Of a DNA stretch of 64,000 bases, positions 1 to 9,942 are shown piece after piece (position 1 is the first letter of the stretch; each line of letters opens with the position of its first letter). The notes under the pieces are model-generated. The model was not told the origin of the DNA. It made no database searches and was given only the letters and a program-made list of their open reading frames with translations. The position numbers and the translations under genes were made by a program. The DNA lies in contig DASCPX010000112.1 of assembly GCA_036012755.1 (NCBI GenBank), positions 1 to 64,000 of the forward strand. The letters are read 5' to 3'. Origin of the DNA: Myxococcota bacterium (lineage in GTDB: Bacteria; Myxococcota_A; UBA796; CAJQPC01).

Positions 1-296
1 GCAAGGGCGGCTCCGGCGGCGGCAGCAAGGGCAGCGGCGGCTCCGGCGGCGGCTCCAAGGGTGGCGGTGGCTCGAAGGGTCCGAAGGGCGGCGGCTCTGG
101 CGGCAGCAAGGGCACCGGCGGCTCCGGCGGCGGCTCGAACGGTCCGAAGGGCGGTGGCTCTGGCGGCGGCTCCAAGGGCGGCGGTTCTGGCGGGAGCAAG
201 GGCGGCAGCAAGGGCGGCGGCTCCGGCGGCGGCGGCAAGGGCGGCTCCGGCTCCGGTGGCAAGGCCAAGAAGGAAGGACGCGAGCCCGCCGACTGA
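1..296 (+). CDS. 3' end of a protein with a Gly/Ser/Lys low-complexity tail (partial at window edge)
   Basis: Frame 3 (not in the ORF track) reads KGGSGGGSKGSGGSGGGSKGGGGSKGPKGG...GGKAKKEGREPAD and stops at TGA 294-296. Confidence 0.75.
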   Translation, partial: KGGSGGGSKGSGGSGGGSKGGGGSKGPKGGGSGGSKGTGGSGGGSNGPKGGGSGGGSKGGGSGGSKGGSKGGGSGGGGKGGSGSGGKAKKEGREPAD

Positions 297-614
297 GGCT
301 CGGGTCAGACTGCGCAGCCCTCTCCACGTCGTGTCGCTGAGTCCGAGCACGGCGGAGCCGGGCGCACAACGACGTCCGGGGAAGGCGACGCTTGCGTCAC
401 CACTTCCGCCTCGCCAGGCAGGCCCCCGACCTCTTGCGAGCACCAGGGGCTGGTGACCCTCATGTGCGGCATCCAGGCCTGGTGCTCGCAGCGTGGTGTC
501 GTGGCTGCGTGCGCGGCACCCCTGCGGCGGGCGTGCAGTCTTTGCGACCCTGCGACGCAGCCTCGACCAAATGGCACGCGCGGCTGCGAATCGGAGCCGG
601 TCACTCCATGGGGT

Positions 615-1070
615 CTACCCGGCCAGCGCTGACTTCGAGGTCGCCAAAGCTGCTGCGGCTGAGCGCGCCCAGTCCTCGGACTCCATGAGGTGGAGCTCGA
701 TGCGGACCTTTGAGTTCCCGCCGGAGCGCATTCGCACCCCTTCGATCACCAGACGGCCGGGGCCGGTCGAGCGCACCGACCCGCCCTGGTCCTTCCGCAG
801 CTCGAGGATGCGTCCTTGGTGGGTCGCTACGACCAGTCGCTGGGCGGTGAGCACCAGGTCCGCGGCGGCCCGGTTGATCTTGCCGGCCGTGGGCCCGCCC
901 AGGATGTCGTGGTCCAGGAACACCCGCGCAGGCACAGCGCGCGCCTCCAGCAAGAGGGCTTCGTCGACGGTCGCCGCGTTCTCGCGAGCTCGCTTGCGGG
1001 AGAGCTTGAGGAGCCCGGCAAGTGTGGCAGCGACGGCGAATGCGAACAGGATGCTCAGCGCGTATGACAC
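615..1070 (-). CDS. Membrane-anchored hypothetical protein, possibly PH-like fold
   Basis: GTG start at 1070 after GAGAGG; N-terminal TM helix YALSILFAFAVAATLAGLL; beta-rich LVLTAQRLVV segment. Confidence 0.6.
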   Translation of the reverse strand: MSYALSILFAFAVAATLAGLLKLSRKRARENAATVDEALLLEARAVPARVFLDHDILGGPTAGKINRAAADLVLTAQRLVVATHQGRILELRKDQGGSVRSTGPGRLVIEGVRMRSGGNSKVRIELHLMESEDWARSAAAALATSKSALAG

Positions 1071-1158
1071 GGGGCGAACCTCTCGGGGACACGCTAACAG
1101 ACCGGCCGCGGCAGCCTCGGTTCCGCGGGGTTCGTACAATGGATGTCAAGGAGACATC

Positions 1159-1794
1159 GTGTCCCAGCGTCCGTCCGAGCCCATCCTGAATTGGCTCCGA
1201 GACACCCTCAAGAGCAAGAACCTGAACGTCGCGGCCCTCGCGGAGGCGTCCGGCGACAAGCGTGGCGAGGTGAAGAAGGTCCTCGCAGGTCGGCAGCCGC
1301 TCACGGTGGATCAGCTCATGCGCTGGACACAGGCGCTGGAGCTGAAGCTCGAAGAGCTGGTCGCCATGCCCACCGAGCTGCCCGAGCCCGCAGAGCCCAC
1401 AGTGGTCGATGACAGCCGCTACGTCGTCGACCCCTTCGGAATGGCCGGCGAGCAAGCCGTCCGGATGGGCTTCGCCATGGGCTGTGACTTCACCTTCCTC
1501 GCCCTCACTGAGCAGCTCGCCGACTCCGGCATTCCCGGGTCGGTCCTGTCCGATCCTCGCTTCGGGAGCCTCCTGCCCATCCGGCTCGAGGCCCCCTACC
1601 ACAAGCACAACGCGCCGGTCTACGACGCCCGCACGCTGGCGTTGACGCTCTCCTTCGACACGATCCGCACCTGCGTCTTTCCCTGGTCGGCCATCGTCGA
1701 GGTTCGCTACCACGTCGAACCACCAGACCCGAGCGACGCCCCCGGACCGGACGGCGACGATGACGACGGGAACGTGGTGCGCCTGTTCGGGTGA
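1159..1794 (+). CDS. Xre-type HTH domain fused to an SspB-like (ClpXP adaptor) domain
   Basis: AGGAG RBS and TACAAT upstream of GTG 1159; HTH LNVAALAEASG...VKKVLAG; SspB-like LTLSFD..CVFPWSAI; acidic linker and terminal GNVVRLFG. Confidence 0.65.
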   Translation: MSQRPSEPILNWLRDTLKSKNLNVAALAEASGDKRGEVKKVLAGRQPLTVDQLMRWTQALELKLEELVAMPTELPEPAEPTVVDDSRYVVDPFGMAGEQAVRMGFAMGCDFTFLALTEQLADSGIPGSVLSDPRFGSLLPIRLEAPYHKHNAPVYDARTLALTLSFDTIRTCVFPWSAIVEVRYHVEPPDPSDAPGPDGDDDDGNVVRLFG

Positions 1795-2996
1795 GGCTCG
1801 CCGGTCTAGGCGCCGCGGCCCTCGTGCTGTCCGCCGCCGCGTACTTCGCGCTCGGGGCTCGTGTGAGCGGTCCCGAGCTACCGGGCGAGCTGCGCGTCGT
1901 CGATGCCAGCGGCATGCTCGGCATCAACGAGGCGGTCGCCGTGCCGAGCCGACTCCTGGCGCAGGGGCTGTCTCCAGAGGTCGTGCAGCAGCTCCTCGCC
2001 GAGGACGCCCGAGCCACCCGCGAGCTCGGCGCCACCTGGGTTCGAGCGCACTCGGCGGTCTACCCGAACCTGAACTACCAGGCGGCCCAGAAGCGGCCCT
2101 GGCAAGCGGCCGCCGACCGCTGGGTTCGCGCGGTCCAGGCCGAGCGCCTCGACGCCGTCGTGATGATCAGCCCCTGGCCAGGCAACCAGACCGCCGCCCA
2201 CACGGACCGCTATGTGCTCGAGGACCCAGAGCCCTACGCGAGCTGGGTGGTCGAGGTCGTCGAGCGCTACGACGGCGACGGACTCGACGACATGCCCGGG
2301 CTCGCCCGGCCGATCGACCACTGGGAGGTCGACAACGAGCCCGACCTCAAGAACACGCTCCAGGCGCGCGGCTCCGAGGTCGACCCGAGCACCTTCTGCA
2401 CTCCAGAGCAGTACATGGCCGTGCTGCGGGTCACGGTCGAGGCCATCCGGGCCGCCGACGAGGACGCCACGATCCTCTCCGGCGGCATCTATCGACCCCA
2501 CGCGCACGCGGGCGCAACCTACCTCTACGAGCTGGTCGCGCTGGGCCTGCTCGACGAGGTCGACGTGCTGTCGCTGCACAGCTACTTCGACGGCCCGGGT
2601 ACGGAGACGCTGGAGAGCGCTCTCGAGAAGGCCCCGACAGGAGCACGGGTCTGGCTCACGGAGACCAGCGTCGCGTCCAGGGGGGACAAGCGCTGGATGA
2701 GCCAGGCCTGGCAGGCCGAGATGGTCCACCGCGTCCACGCGGCAGCGCTGGTCCACGGCGTCGAGAAGGTCTTCTGGCACAGCCTCGCGGACGCGCCGGT
2801 CCCCCCGAAGAGGGGCATCGCCCACCACAGCTTGCTCCAGGCCACCGCCGAGGGCTTCGAAGACAAGCCAGCTGCCGCGGCCTATCGAGAGCTCGCTCGC
2901 CACGTCGCGGAGCCGCTGTCGCTCTCTGAGGGGGGCATCACGACGCCGAGCGCGAAGCTGGTGCTGGAGAGTCCCGCCCACTGGGAAGCCCGCTGA
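1791..2996 (+). CDS. Exported clan GH-A glycoside hydrolase (GH5/GH39-like TIM barrel)
   Basis: Signal/TM; acid-base motif WEVDNEPD; SLHSY; nucleophile motif VWLTET; EKVFW. Confidence 0.75.
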   Translation: MRLAGLGAAALVLSAAAYFALGARVSGPELPGELRVVDASGMLGINEAVAVPSRLLAQGLSPEVVQQLLAEDARATRELGATWVRAHSAVYPNLNYQAAQKRPWQAAADRWVRAVQAERLDAVVMISPWPGNQTAAHTDRYVLEDPEPYASWVVEVVERYDGDGLDDMPGLARPIDHWEVDNEPDLKNTLQARGSEVDPSTFCTPEQYMAVLRVTVEAIRAADEDATILSGGIYRPHAHAGATYLYELVALGLLDEVDVLSLHSYFDGPGTETLESALEKAPTGARVWLTETSVASRGDKRWMSQAWQAEMVHRVHAAALVHGVEKVFWHSLADAPVPPKRGIAHHSLLQATAEGFEDKPAAAAYRELARHVAEPLSLSEGGITTPSAKLVLESPAHWEAR

Positions 2997-3586
2997 TGGG
3001 CGCCGAGATCGCGGCCCTGCCGCTCCCCTACGTCTACCTCCTGCTTGTGGTCACCGGTTGGCCGATCCCGATGCCCGAGGACGTCGTCGTCATGGCGGCT
3101 GGTTGGAAAGCCTCCCAGAGTGGGGAGCCCTTGCTCACGCTGCTCACCTGCTACGCCGGCGTGCTCACTCGGGACGCGAGCATCTTCCTCTGTGCGCGGC
3201 TCTTCGGGCGGAGGCTCCTGGACCTGCCCATCTTCGGACGCCTGTTGCGCGGGGAGCGTCGCGGGCGGCTCGAGGGATGGGTGGGCAAGGACGGACGGAG
3301 GACGGTCTTCCTCGCTCGCTTCATACCAGCGGTGCGCGTCCCCACCTTCTTCACCTGCGCCAGCATCGGCATCCCGGCAGCAGACTTCTTCCTGATCGAC
3401 GCTCTCGCTGCCTGCATCACCGTGCCCGTCGACTTCTGCCTCGGCTACTTCCTCGGCCCGCGCTTCATCGACCTCGTCCAGAACGAGCCCATCGCCAGGG
3501 GCGTGCTCATCGCGCTCGCTGTCGTCTTCGCCGTCGTCGTGATCCGAAGGGCGGTGCGGGCGGTTCAGAGTCCGCAGGCGATCTGA
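2996..3586 (+). CDS. DedA family membrane protein
   Basis: PIPMPEDVV and VFLARFIPAVR motifs; several TM helices. Confidence 0.85.
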   Translation: MGAEIAALPLPYVYLLLVVTGWPIPMPEDVVVMAAGWKASQSGEPLLTLLTCYAGVLTRDASIFLCARLFGRRLLDLPIFGRLLRGERRGRLEGWVGKDGRRTVFLARFIPAVRVPTFFTCASIGIPAADFFLIDALAACITVPVDFCLGYFLGPRFIDLVQNEPIARGVLIALAVVFAVVVIRRAVRAVQSPQAI

Positions 3587-4815
3587 AGCGTCTCCAGCCA
3601 GTACACGGCGTCCTCCTCGCGCTCGAACTCCTCGGCATAGAGCCGCAGGTAGTCCGCGAAGATGAGGTCCTTCTCCAGCCAGTGGACCATGTCCGGGTGG
3701 ACACCGACCTCGCGCAGGCCCTGGCCGGCGGTCCCCATGAGCGCCAGTGAGTGGCGCAGGTGGACCCAGCGGTCCCGGCCGCCTCGCAGCATGAACCGCC
3801 GGAAGTCGGGCCAGCGCTCGGAGACGATCACCCATGCCCACTGGGCCTCGCTGAGCTCGCGGTTCGAGCGCGTCCCGATGGCGAACTCGGCGAGCATGAC
3901 GATGCGGCCGGCGAGACGCTGGAGGAAGCGCGGGCGTCCAAGGGGTCGTGACGCGCACGCGGCAGCCAGGGCATCGAGCGCGTCGGGCCCGAAGGCGCGA
4001 CGGACGACCTCCTCGGCGGGGCCCAGCTCGGCTCGCAGGAGCTCGGAGATCTTGCGGACGTCCATGCCTGGCACCGTGATGTCCAGGTCCATGAGCTCGT
4101 CGAGGCAGTGGCTGGCCGCGTTGTCGCTCAGCGCCTTGCCTTCTCGCAGGCGGATGGCCTCGGTGGCCGACTGGCGCCCGATCGAGACTGCGAAGGTGAC
4201 GTCGTGTTCGTCGGTGGCCAGGAGCCGCAGCCCCTCCAGCAGCAGGAGGCGGGCGGAGGGGCCGAGCATGTCCATGTCTTCGACGAAGACGAGGACCCGC
4301 CCTGGGGCTGGCACCTTGAGCAGCTCGATGAGGTGCATGAAGCCCTGGCGCACGCGCAGGATCGGGTTGAGATCGCCCCTGTTGATGCCGGTTCCAGCGT
4401 GGTCCGGCATGTCGTCGCCGAAGTGCATGCGGTTGATGTGGCCGACGATGTCGCGGGCCCTGTCCATCACGGCCGGGTCGGGCGAAGCGTGCGCCATCGT
4501 CGCGACGAGCCCGCTGAGGATGTTGCCGTGTTTCTGGTAGAGCCAGGGGTTGTACCAGCACCACGCACCGGCGGCTGGTGCGATCGGGTCGAAGCCGACT
4601 GTGTGGCGCTCGGACTGCATGAGGTAGGCGCAGCGAAGGAGGAACTGGCTCTTTCCCGATCCGGGAGCGCCGTGGATCGCTACGCATGACCCAGGTCGCA
4701 GCCGCACGACGGTTCGGAGGAAGGCCCGAGCCATGCGGTCGTGGCCGTGGACGTCCTTCTCTGCGAGGCGCGTGAGCACGGGACGCGGGTCGACGTGACT
4801 GAGTGTGGGCACCAC
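3565..4815 (-). CDS. KAP-family P-loop NTPase
   Basis: Walker A VAIHGAPGSGKS; WYNPWLY; Walker B LVFVEDMD. Confidence 0.7.
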   Translation of the reverse strand: MVPTLSHVDPRPVLTRLAEKDVHGHDRMARAFLRTVVRLRPGSCVAIHGAPGSGKSQFLLRCAYLMQSERHTVGFDPIAPAAGAWCWYNPWLYQKHGNILSGLVATMAHASPDPAVMDRARDIVGHINRMHFGDDMPDHAGTGINRGDLNPILRVRQGFMHLIELLKVPAPGRVLVFVEDMDMLGPSARLLLLEGLRLLATDEHDVTFAVSIGRQSATEAIRLREGKALSDNAASHCLDELMDLDITVPGMDVRKISELLRAELGPAEEVVRRAFGPDALDALAAACASRPLGRPRFLQRLAGRIVMLAEFAIGTRSNRELSEAQWAWVIVSERWPDFRRFMLRGGRDRWVHLRHSLALMGTAGQGLREVGVHPDMVHWLEKDLIFADYLRLYAEEFEREEDAVYWLETLQIACGL

Positions 4816-4844
4816 CAGAGCCTACCCGAGACCCCTGGGCGGCC

Positions 4845-5678
4845 CTACCGCTCGATGCCGATCTCGGCGAGCTGATCGACCTGCAGCGGGACGACGCCGA
4901 AGGGCGTGTCGACGTCCATGTCCGCCTGGAAGTCCACCTCGAGCTTCTCTCCCTGGAGCACCGAGTAGAGCGCGACCCCCGCGTCGAGGAAGTCGATCTC
5001 GATGGGGATCGAGACGGTCTCGGTCGTGGCGCCGTCGACCGAACCGAGCTCGTCGATGAAGCCGCCGCCGATGTCCACACCGGCCAGCGCGATCTGGTAG
5101 TCGACGTTCTCGAAGAACAGGTTGCTGCCGTGTTCGTTGTCGACGTCGAGCTTCAGCGCCAGCTCGGCGCCGCTGATGTTCAGGTTCTTCAGCTTCAGCT
5201 TGTTCATCGTGAAGCCGGGACGGCGTGGGGCGGGGAAGCCGCCGTCTTCGTCGTATGGCACATCCAGCGGGCCCACCGGCGTGTCGAAGCCGAAGCTGCC
5301 GTCGAGCCCGAAGCCGATCTCGTCCTGGCCGCGTACCGCCTGCACCATGTCGAAGAGCGACTCGAACTCGATGCTCACCGGCAACGCCAGCTCGCTGGAG
5401 TCCTCTGCGCTCAGGACGAGACCGTCAGGGGAGTCGCCGCTGAGCCACTCGACCTGTTCGAAGGCCAGGGCGTAGTCGAAGCGAGCCATCGAGACGTCGA
5501 TCGGGTTGGGGTTGTCGACGTCGAAGAGGAAGTCGGCGTCGACCCCGTCCCAGTCGACGGCGAGCACGTCGATTCGCTGGAAGCTCACCTTCGGCAGGTA
5601 GGGGTCGAGCTCGAAGTCCTCCCAGCCCTCGCACGCGGTGAGCAGCGGGACGAGGACGAGGGGGAAGAGGCGCTTCAT
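4845..5678 (-). CDS. Lipoprotein with two LEA_2/WHy domains
   Basis: Lipobox LTAC; VDNPNPID motif and a second VDNEHG copy. Confidence 0.8.
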   Translation of the reverse strand: MKRLFPLVLVPLLTACEGWEDFELDPYLPKVSFQRIDVLAVDWDGVDADFLFDVDNPNPIDVSMARFDYALAFEQVEWLSGDSPDGLVLSAEDSSELALPVSIEFESLFDMVQAVRGQDEIGFGLDGSFGFDTPVGPLDVPYDEDGGFPAPRRPGFTMNKLKLKNLNISGAELALKLDVDNEHGSNLFFENVDYQIALAGVDIGGGFIDELGSVDGATTETVSIPIEIDFLDAGVALYSVLQGEKLEVDFQADMDVDTPFGVVPLQVDQLAEIGIER

Positions 5679-7165
5679 CGGAAGATTCCTTCGGCCTGCA
5701 CCACCGAGTACTCGGAGAGTCCCACGCTCATGGCGGCGACTTCCTCATCGATGTCTGCCTGCTCCGGATCGGGTGTCTGATCAGCGGAGTAGACGAGCGG
5801 CGTCGGGGAATCTTCGGTCAGGGCTGCGGCGAGGGCCTCGCCGTCGTTCGTCACGACGACGATTCGCAGGTCATCAGGCCGGATGTGGCGCTTCAGCGCG
5901 GCGTTGACACCTTCGAGGGTCACCTCGCCCAGGGCCGCAGGGAGCTCCTCCAGCATGTTCGGGAGGTCCAGGGCCTCTGCCTCGACGGCGTAGGCGAGGC
6001 GCGTGCCGGGATCCTGGGCCCAGATCTTCGCCCTCATCTGCAGGTAGGCACCGATCCGGTCGAACTCCTCCTGGGTGAGTCCCTCCTCGACGAGGTCCTC
6101 GGTCAGCTTGAGGGCCATCTTCAGTGCCCACGGGCCGTTGTCGACGGCGATGGGTCGCAGCCACACGGAGAACTGCGGTTGGCGCCGGACGGTTCCCTGC
6201 TCCTGGGCGCTGGTCCAGCCACGCTGCACGTAGTGCTCCACGTAGGCGTAGTCGCCATAGTTGAGGCCTCGGGCCGTCCGGATCTCCCCATACAGGCGGC
6301 CATGGGACTGGCGGTGTTCGCCGAAGGCGATCATCGCGAGGAAGAGCTCGGGGAAGTCCTCGTGGGCCCGATCCACGTCGAGGGGGTGGCCGAAGTGGAC
6401 ACCGAGTGAGGTCGTGGACTTCTCCACCGCGAGGAGGTGCCGGCCCTCGACATCGGGGCGTGGCTTGGGTGTGGCCTCGGGGCCTCGTTCCGGCGACAGG
6501 GTGGCGAAGGCGGCGGCGAAGGAGTCGGCGCCGGCTTGATCGACGGCGCCGGCGAGCCCGAGGGTCGTGGACGAGCGCACGTAGGTCGCGGCGTGGAAGG
6601 CCCGGAGGTCGTCCGCGTCGAGCAAGGGGAGCACCCCAGCGCGCCCTTCGACCGGGTGTCCGTAGGGGTGACCCTCGTTGATCCAGACATCGAAGACGTT
6701 GTCGCCGAGGCGCTCGTCGGACTCGAGCATCGACACCGTCAGGGCGTCTATGCCGGACTCGAGCAGGCGGGCGACGGCGTCGTCGTCGAAGGCGGGCCTG
6801 TTGACCATGTCCGTGAACAGGGGCACGAAGCGATCGGCGTCGCTCGCGAGGGCCTTGCCGCGGAAGGTGACGAGGTCCTTGTCGACGATGACCTCGATGT
6901 CGGCGGCGAGCTCGTAGAGCAGGGCGTCGACGGCCTCGGGGCCGAGTTCTCCGGAGCCGCCCTGACGCATGGCCTGCGCCGTCAGCCAGGCGATGCCCTC
7001 CTGGCCGACGGGATCGTAGGCGGAGCCTGCCTGTACGGTGGCCTGGAGGTAGATCAGCCGGCTGCCCTCTGTGGGCTGGAGCACGACCGCGTCAACCCGG
7101 GCGAGCTCCTCCACCGGGGTGAGGCCGCCGGGCGGGCCATGAATGCACGAGAGGAGCCAGAGCAT
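5675..7165 (-). CDS. M16 (pitrilysin-family) peptidase, non-catalytic subunit
   Basis: AGSAYDP..EGIAWLT without HxxEH; RLYGEIRTARGLNY; TGATG coupling to the upstream gene. Confidence 0.8.
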   Translation of the reverse strand: MLWLLSCIHGPPGGLTPVEELARVDAVVLQPTEGSRLIYLQATVQAGSAYDPVGQEGIAWLTAQAMRQGGSGELGPEAVDALLYELAADIEVIVDKDLVTFRGKALASDADRFVPLFTDMVNRPAFDDDAVARLLESGIDALTVSMLESDERLGDNVFDVWINEGHPYGHPVEGRAGVLPLLDADDLRAFHAATYVRSSTTLGLAGAVDQAGADSFAAAFATLSPERGPEATPKPRPDVEGRHLLAVEKSTTSLGVHFGHPLDVDRAHEDFPELFLAMIAFGEHRQSHGRLYGEIRTARGLNYGDYAYVEHYVQRGWTSAQEQGTVRRQPQFSVWLRPIAVDNGPWALKMALKLTEDLVEEGLTQEEFDRIGAYLQMRAKIWAQDPGTRLAYAVEAEALDLPNMLEELPAALGEVTLEGVNAALKRHIRPDDLRIVVVTNDGEALAAALTEDSPTPLVYSADQTPDPEQADIDEEVAAMSVGLSEYSVVQAEGIFR

Positions 7166-8484
7166 CAGCTGCCCTCCTCGGGGGGGACGAGCACCGCGAC
7201 GGTGCGGCCCTCTGGGACGAAGTAGGTCTCGACGACACGCTTGACGTCCTCTGGTCCCAGCGCTGCGTAGCCCTGGTACCACGCCTCGATGTCAGCGGGG
7301 TCCGCTCCACCCCTGGTGAAGTCCCCGATACGGTTGGCCACCGCCTTCGGGTCATCGAGCTCGATGGTGGTCCGCCGAAGGGCGTTGTTGCGAGCCGCGG
7401 CGACCGTGGCATCGTCGAGGACGAGGAGCGCGGCGAGCGCGGCTTCGATGTCCGCCTCCACCGCCGCGAGATCCTCTGGGTCCTTCACCACTGCGACGGT
7501 GACGAAGAGGTGTTCGTCCTCCATTCCCCAGTCCCCGCCGCTGACGGTGTAGACGCGGGCCTCGTCGACCACGAGCTTTCGATGGAGCGGTGCAACATCG
7601 CTGAAGAGCAGCTCACCGACCAGGTCCAGGGCCGCGGCGTCCGGCGAGGTCGGGGACCAGCCCGGGACCTTCCAGCCCATCATGAGGTGGGCGTTCACGG
7701 GACCCTGATCCCAGGCGACCTCCACCCGGCGGGCCGCCTCTTGGGGAGGCTCCTCGGGGATCTCCGGTGGCGCCTGGGTCGCGGGCTGCCAGCCGCCGTA
7801 GTGCCGCTCGATGGCGCCGAGGACCTCGCCCTTTTCGAAGTCCCCGGCCACGACGATGCGGGTGTTCTCCGGCCGATAGTGGATCGAGAAGAAGTCCTTC
7901 ACCAGCTCCACCTGGTTCGGCATCTCGAGGATGTCAGCCTCGTAGCCGATCGTGCTGTGGTGGTAGGTGTGGGTCGTGAAAGCGGTCTCGTAGAGCGCGT
8001 CGTAGATGCGGTCCCAGGGGTTCGTGAGCCCCTTTCTGTACTCGCCGTGGACAGCGCCGCTCTCCTTCGCCACCTGCTCCGGGGTGACATGGAGGTTCTG
8101 GAAGCGATCGGCCTCGATCGCGATCACCTCCAGGAGCGCGTCCGAGGCGACGACCTGGTGGTAGCAGGTGTCGTCGACCCACGTCCAGGCGTTCTCGTCG
8201 GCCCCGGTGAGCAGCATGCGCTCTTCCCGCTCCTCCCTGGGCAAGGCCTCGGAACCATAGAACATCAGGTGTTCGAAGAAGTGGGCGAAGCCGGTGGTTC
8301 CGGGTGCCACTTCGTCCTTCGAGCCTACCTCTACCCAGCTCTGGTACGAGACGACTCCGGGGGTGTCCATCGGGGCGAGGTAGATCGTCAAGCCATTGTC
8401 GAGGACGACACTGGCGACCGCTGTCGGCAGCGCCCCCGCAGAGGCAGTCCGGATGGGCATGATCAGCATGATTAGAGGGATCAT
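7165..8484 (-). CDS. M16 zinc peptidase, catalytic subunit
   Basis: VGSKDE..TGFAHFFEHLMF inverted zinc motif; NAWT. Confidence 0.9.
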   Translation of the reverse strand: MIPLIMLIMPIRTASAGALPTAVASVVLDNGLTIYLAPMDTPGVVSYQSWVEVGSKDEVAPGTTGFAHFFEHLMFYGSEALPREEREERMLLTGADENAWTWVDDTCYHQVVASDALLEVIAIEADRFQNLHVTPEQVAKESGAVHGEYRKGLTNPWDRIYDALYETAFTTHTYHHSTIGYEADILEMPNQVELVKDFFSIHYRPENTRIVVAGDFEKGEVLGAIERHYGGWQPATQAPPEIPEEPPQEAARRVEVAWDQGPVNAHLMMGWKVPGWSPTSPDAAALDLVGELLFSDVAPLHRKLVVDEARVYTVSGGDWGMEDEHLFVTVAVVKDPEDLAAVEADIEAALAALLVLDDATVAAARNNALRRTTIELDDPKAVANRIGDFTRGGADPADIEAWYQGYAALGPEDVKRVVETYFVPEGRTVAVLVPPEEGS

Positions 8485-8577
8485 TCAGAGCTCCACCAGC
8501 GAGCGATAACCGGACTCGTGTGAGCGGAAAACGTGACGCCCGTGGTAGACTACGCCCATGCCGATTCGGGAGGTCAA

Positions 8578-8991
8578 ATGACGGTGTTGACCGAACAGCA
8601 GGCGGATGTCCTGCGCGATCCAACCGGTACCAAGCGGGTGGCCGACTGCGAGGCCCTCGAGACCCGAGACCTCATCCGGCGAATCCGCCGGCCCGGCGAC
8701 ACCGGTGCCATGCCGGAGTCGCAGCTCTGGCGCGTCTATGTCGAGCTCTCCCGCCGGGGCGAGCCCGACGCCGCCTCGCTGTTTTTGCGCAGCCTGCGCA
8801 ACCTGCATCGCCGCCGCGCGATGGGCACGGGGCAGCTCTCCCACGTCGACCCGGACCCGTGGGAGCACCGAATGGCGGACGATCCCTACGTCGGGGAGCT
8901 CTGGAAGGCCTACAAGCGGTGCATCAGCCAGCAGCGGACCGGTCCCGCGAGCCAGCTCCTACGCGACCTGGAAGCGCAGCTGGTCTCCTGA
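8578..8991 (+). CDS. Hypothetical helical protein with an internal repeat
   Basis: GGAGGT RBS and TAGACT -10 upstream; strong GC3 codon bias. Confidence 0.65.
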   Translation: MTVLTEQQADVLRDPTGTKRVADCEALETRDLIRRIRRPGDTGAMPESQLWRVYVELSRRGEPDAASLFLRSLRNLHRRRAMGTGQLSHVDPDPWEHRMADDPYVGELWKAYKRCISQQRTGPASQLLRDLEAQLVS

Positions 8992-9018
8992 GGGGGGAAC
9001 CTCCGTAGGCTGCCGCCG

Positions 9019-9942
9019 TCACAGGAGGTGGCCTCGCCGCCGCCGGCGCAGTCGAACCTCGTCGCCCTCCTTCAGATCGTGGGTTGCGACCGCGCGGAGG
9101 GAGGCTCCGGCCACCTCGACGAGCGCGATGCGGACGCCTCCGGCGACCTCGATCGCCTTGACGATCCCTGGCAGATCACCCTCGGGGACGATCTCCAGGT
9201 CCTCTGGACAGAGCACCTCGAGGCCGCCATCGACCGGCAGCAGTCCGGCGGCGCCGACGAACTCGGCCACGAAGCGCTCGCTGGGTCGTCGCCGGAGCGC
9301 CTCGGGTGGACCGACCTGGACGATCCGGCCGGCTCGCATGAGCGCGATGTTGGAGCCAACGGCTGCGGCCTCGTCCTGGTCGTGGGTGACGAGCAGGACG
9401 GCGACCTCGGCAGCTCGCGCGATGCGGAAGACGTCTGTCCTGAGCTCCCCGCGAAGCGCTGGGTCGAGAGAGGCGAAGGGCTCGTCGAGCAGCAGCAGGT
9501 CGGGGCGCGGGGCCAGCGCGCGGCCCAGGGCGACCCGCTGCCGCTGGCCGCCGGAGAGCTCGTGGATCGGGCGCGAGGCCAGGCCGTCGAGGCGCAGGAG
9601 CGACAGGATCTCTCGCACTCGGTCGTCTGCGCCCTGCCGCTCGATGCCGAAGCGGACGTTCCCGGCGACGTCGAGGTGTGGGAACAGCGCCCCTTCCTGG
9701 AAGACGAGGCCGAGGCCGCGCGTGTGGGGCGGGTGGTCCGAGATGTCCCGATCGGCGAGGTGGATGCTGCCAGCGCTCAGCCTCTCCAGTCCGGCGATGG
9801 CCCGGAGCGTCGTGGTCTTGCCGCAGCCGCTGGGCCCCAGGAGCACGAGCACCTCTGAGGTGTCGAGATCCAGCGAGACGTCGTCCACGATGCGCACACC
9901 GCCGAGGTCGACGCACACTCCACGAAGGCTGAGGAGGCTCAT
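9019..9942 (-). CDS. Fe(III) ABC transporter ATP-binding protein (FbpC-like)
   Basis: GPSGCGKTT, LSGGQRQR, LLLDEP. Confidence 0.9.
   Translation of the reverse strand: MSLLSLRGVCVDLGGVRIVDDVSLDLDTSEVLVLLGPSGCGKTTTLRAIAGLERLSAGSIHLADRDISDHPPHTRGLGLVFQEGALFPHLDVAGNVRFGIERQGADDRVREILSLLRLDGLASRPIHELSGGQRQRVALGRALAPRPDLLLLDEPFASLDPALRGELRTDVFRIARAAEVAVLLVTHDQDEAAAVGSNIALMRAGRIVQVGPPEALRRRPSERFVAEFVGAAGLLPVDGGLEVLCPEDLEIVPEGDLPGIVKAIEVAGGVRIALVEVAGASLRAVATHDLKEGDEVRLRRRRRGHLL

Noticed and set aside
61..604. ORFs 61..456 (+) and 305..604 (-)
   Set aside because: The first is a shadow of the Gly-rich frame; the second has no motif or convincing codon bias
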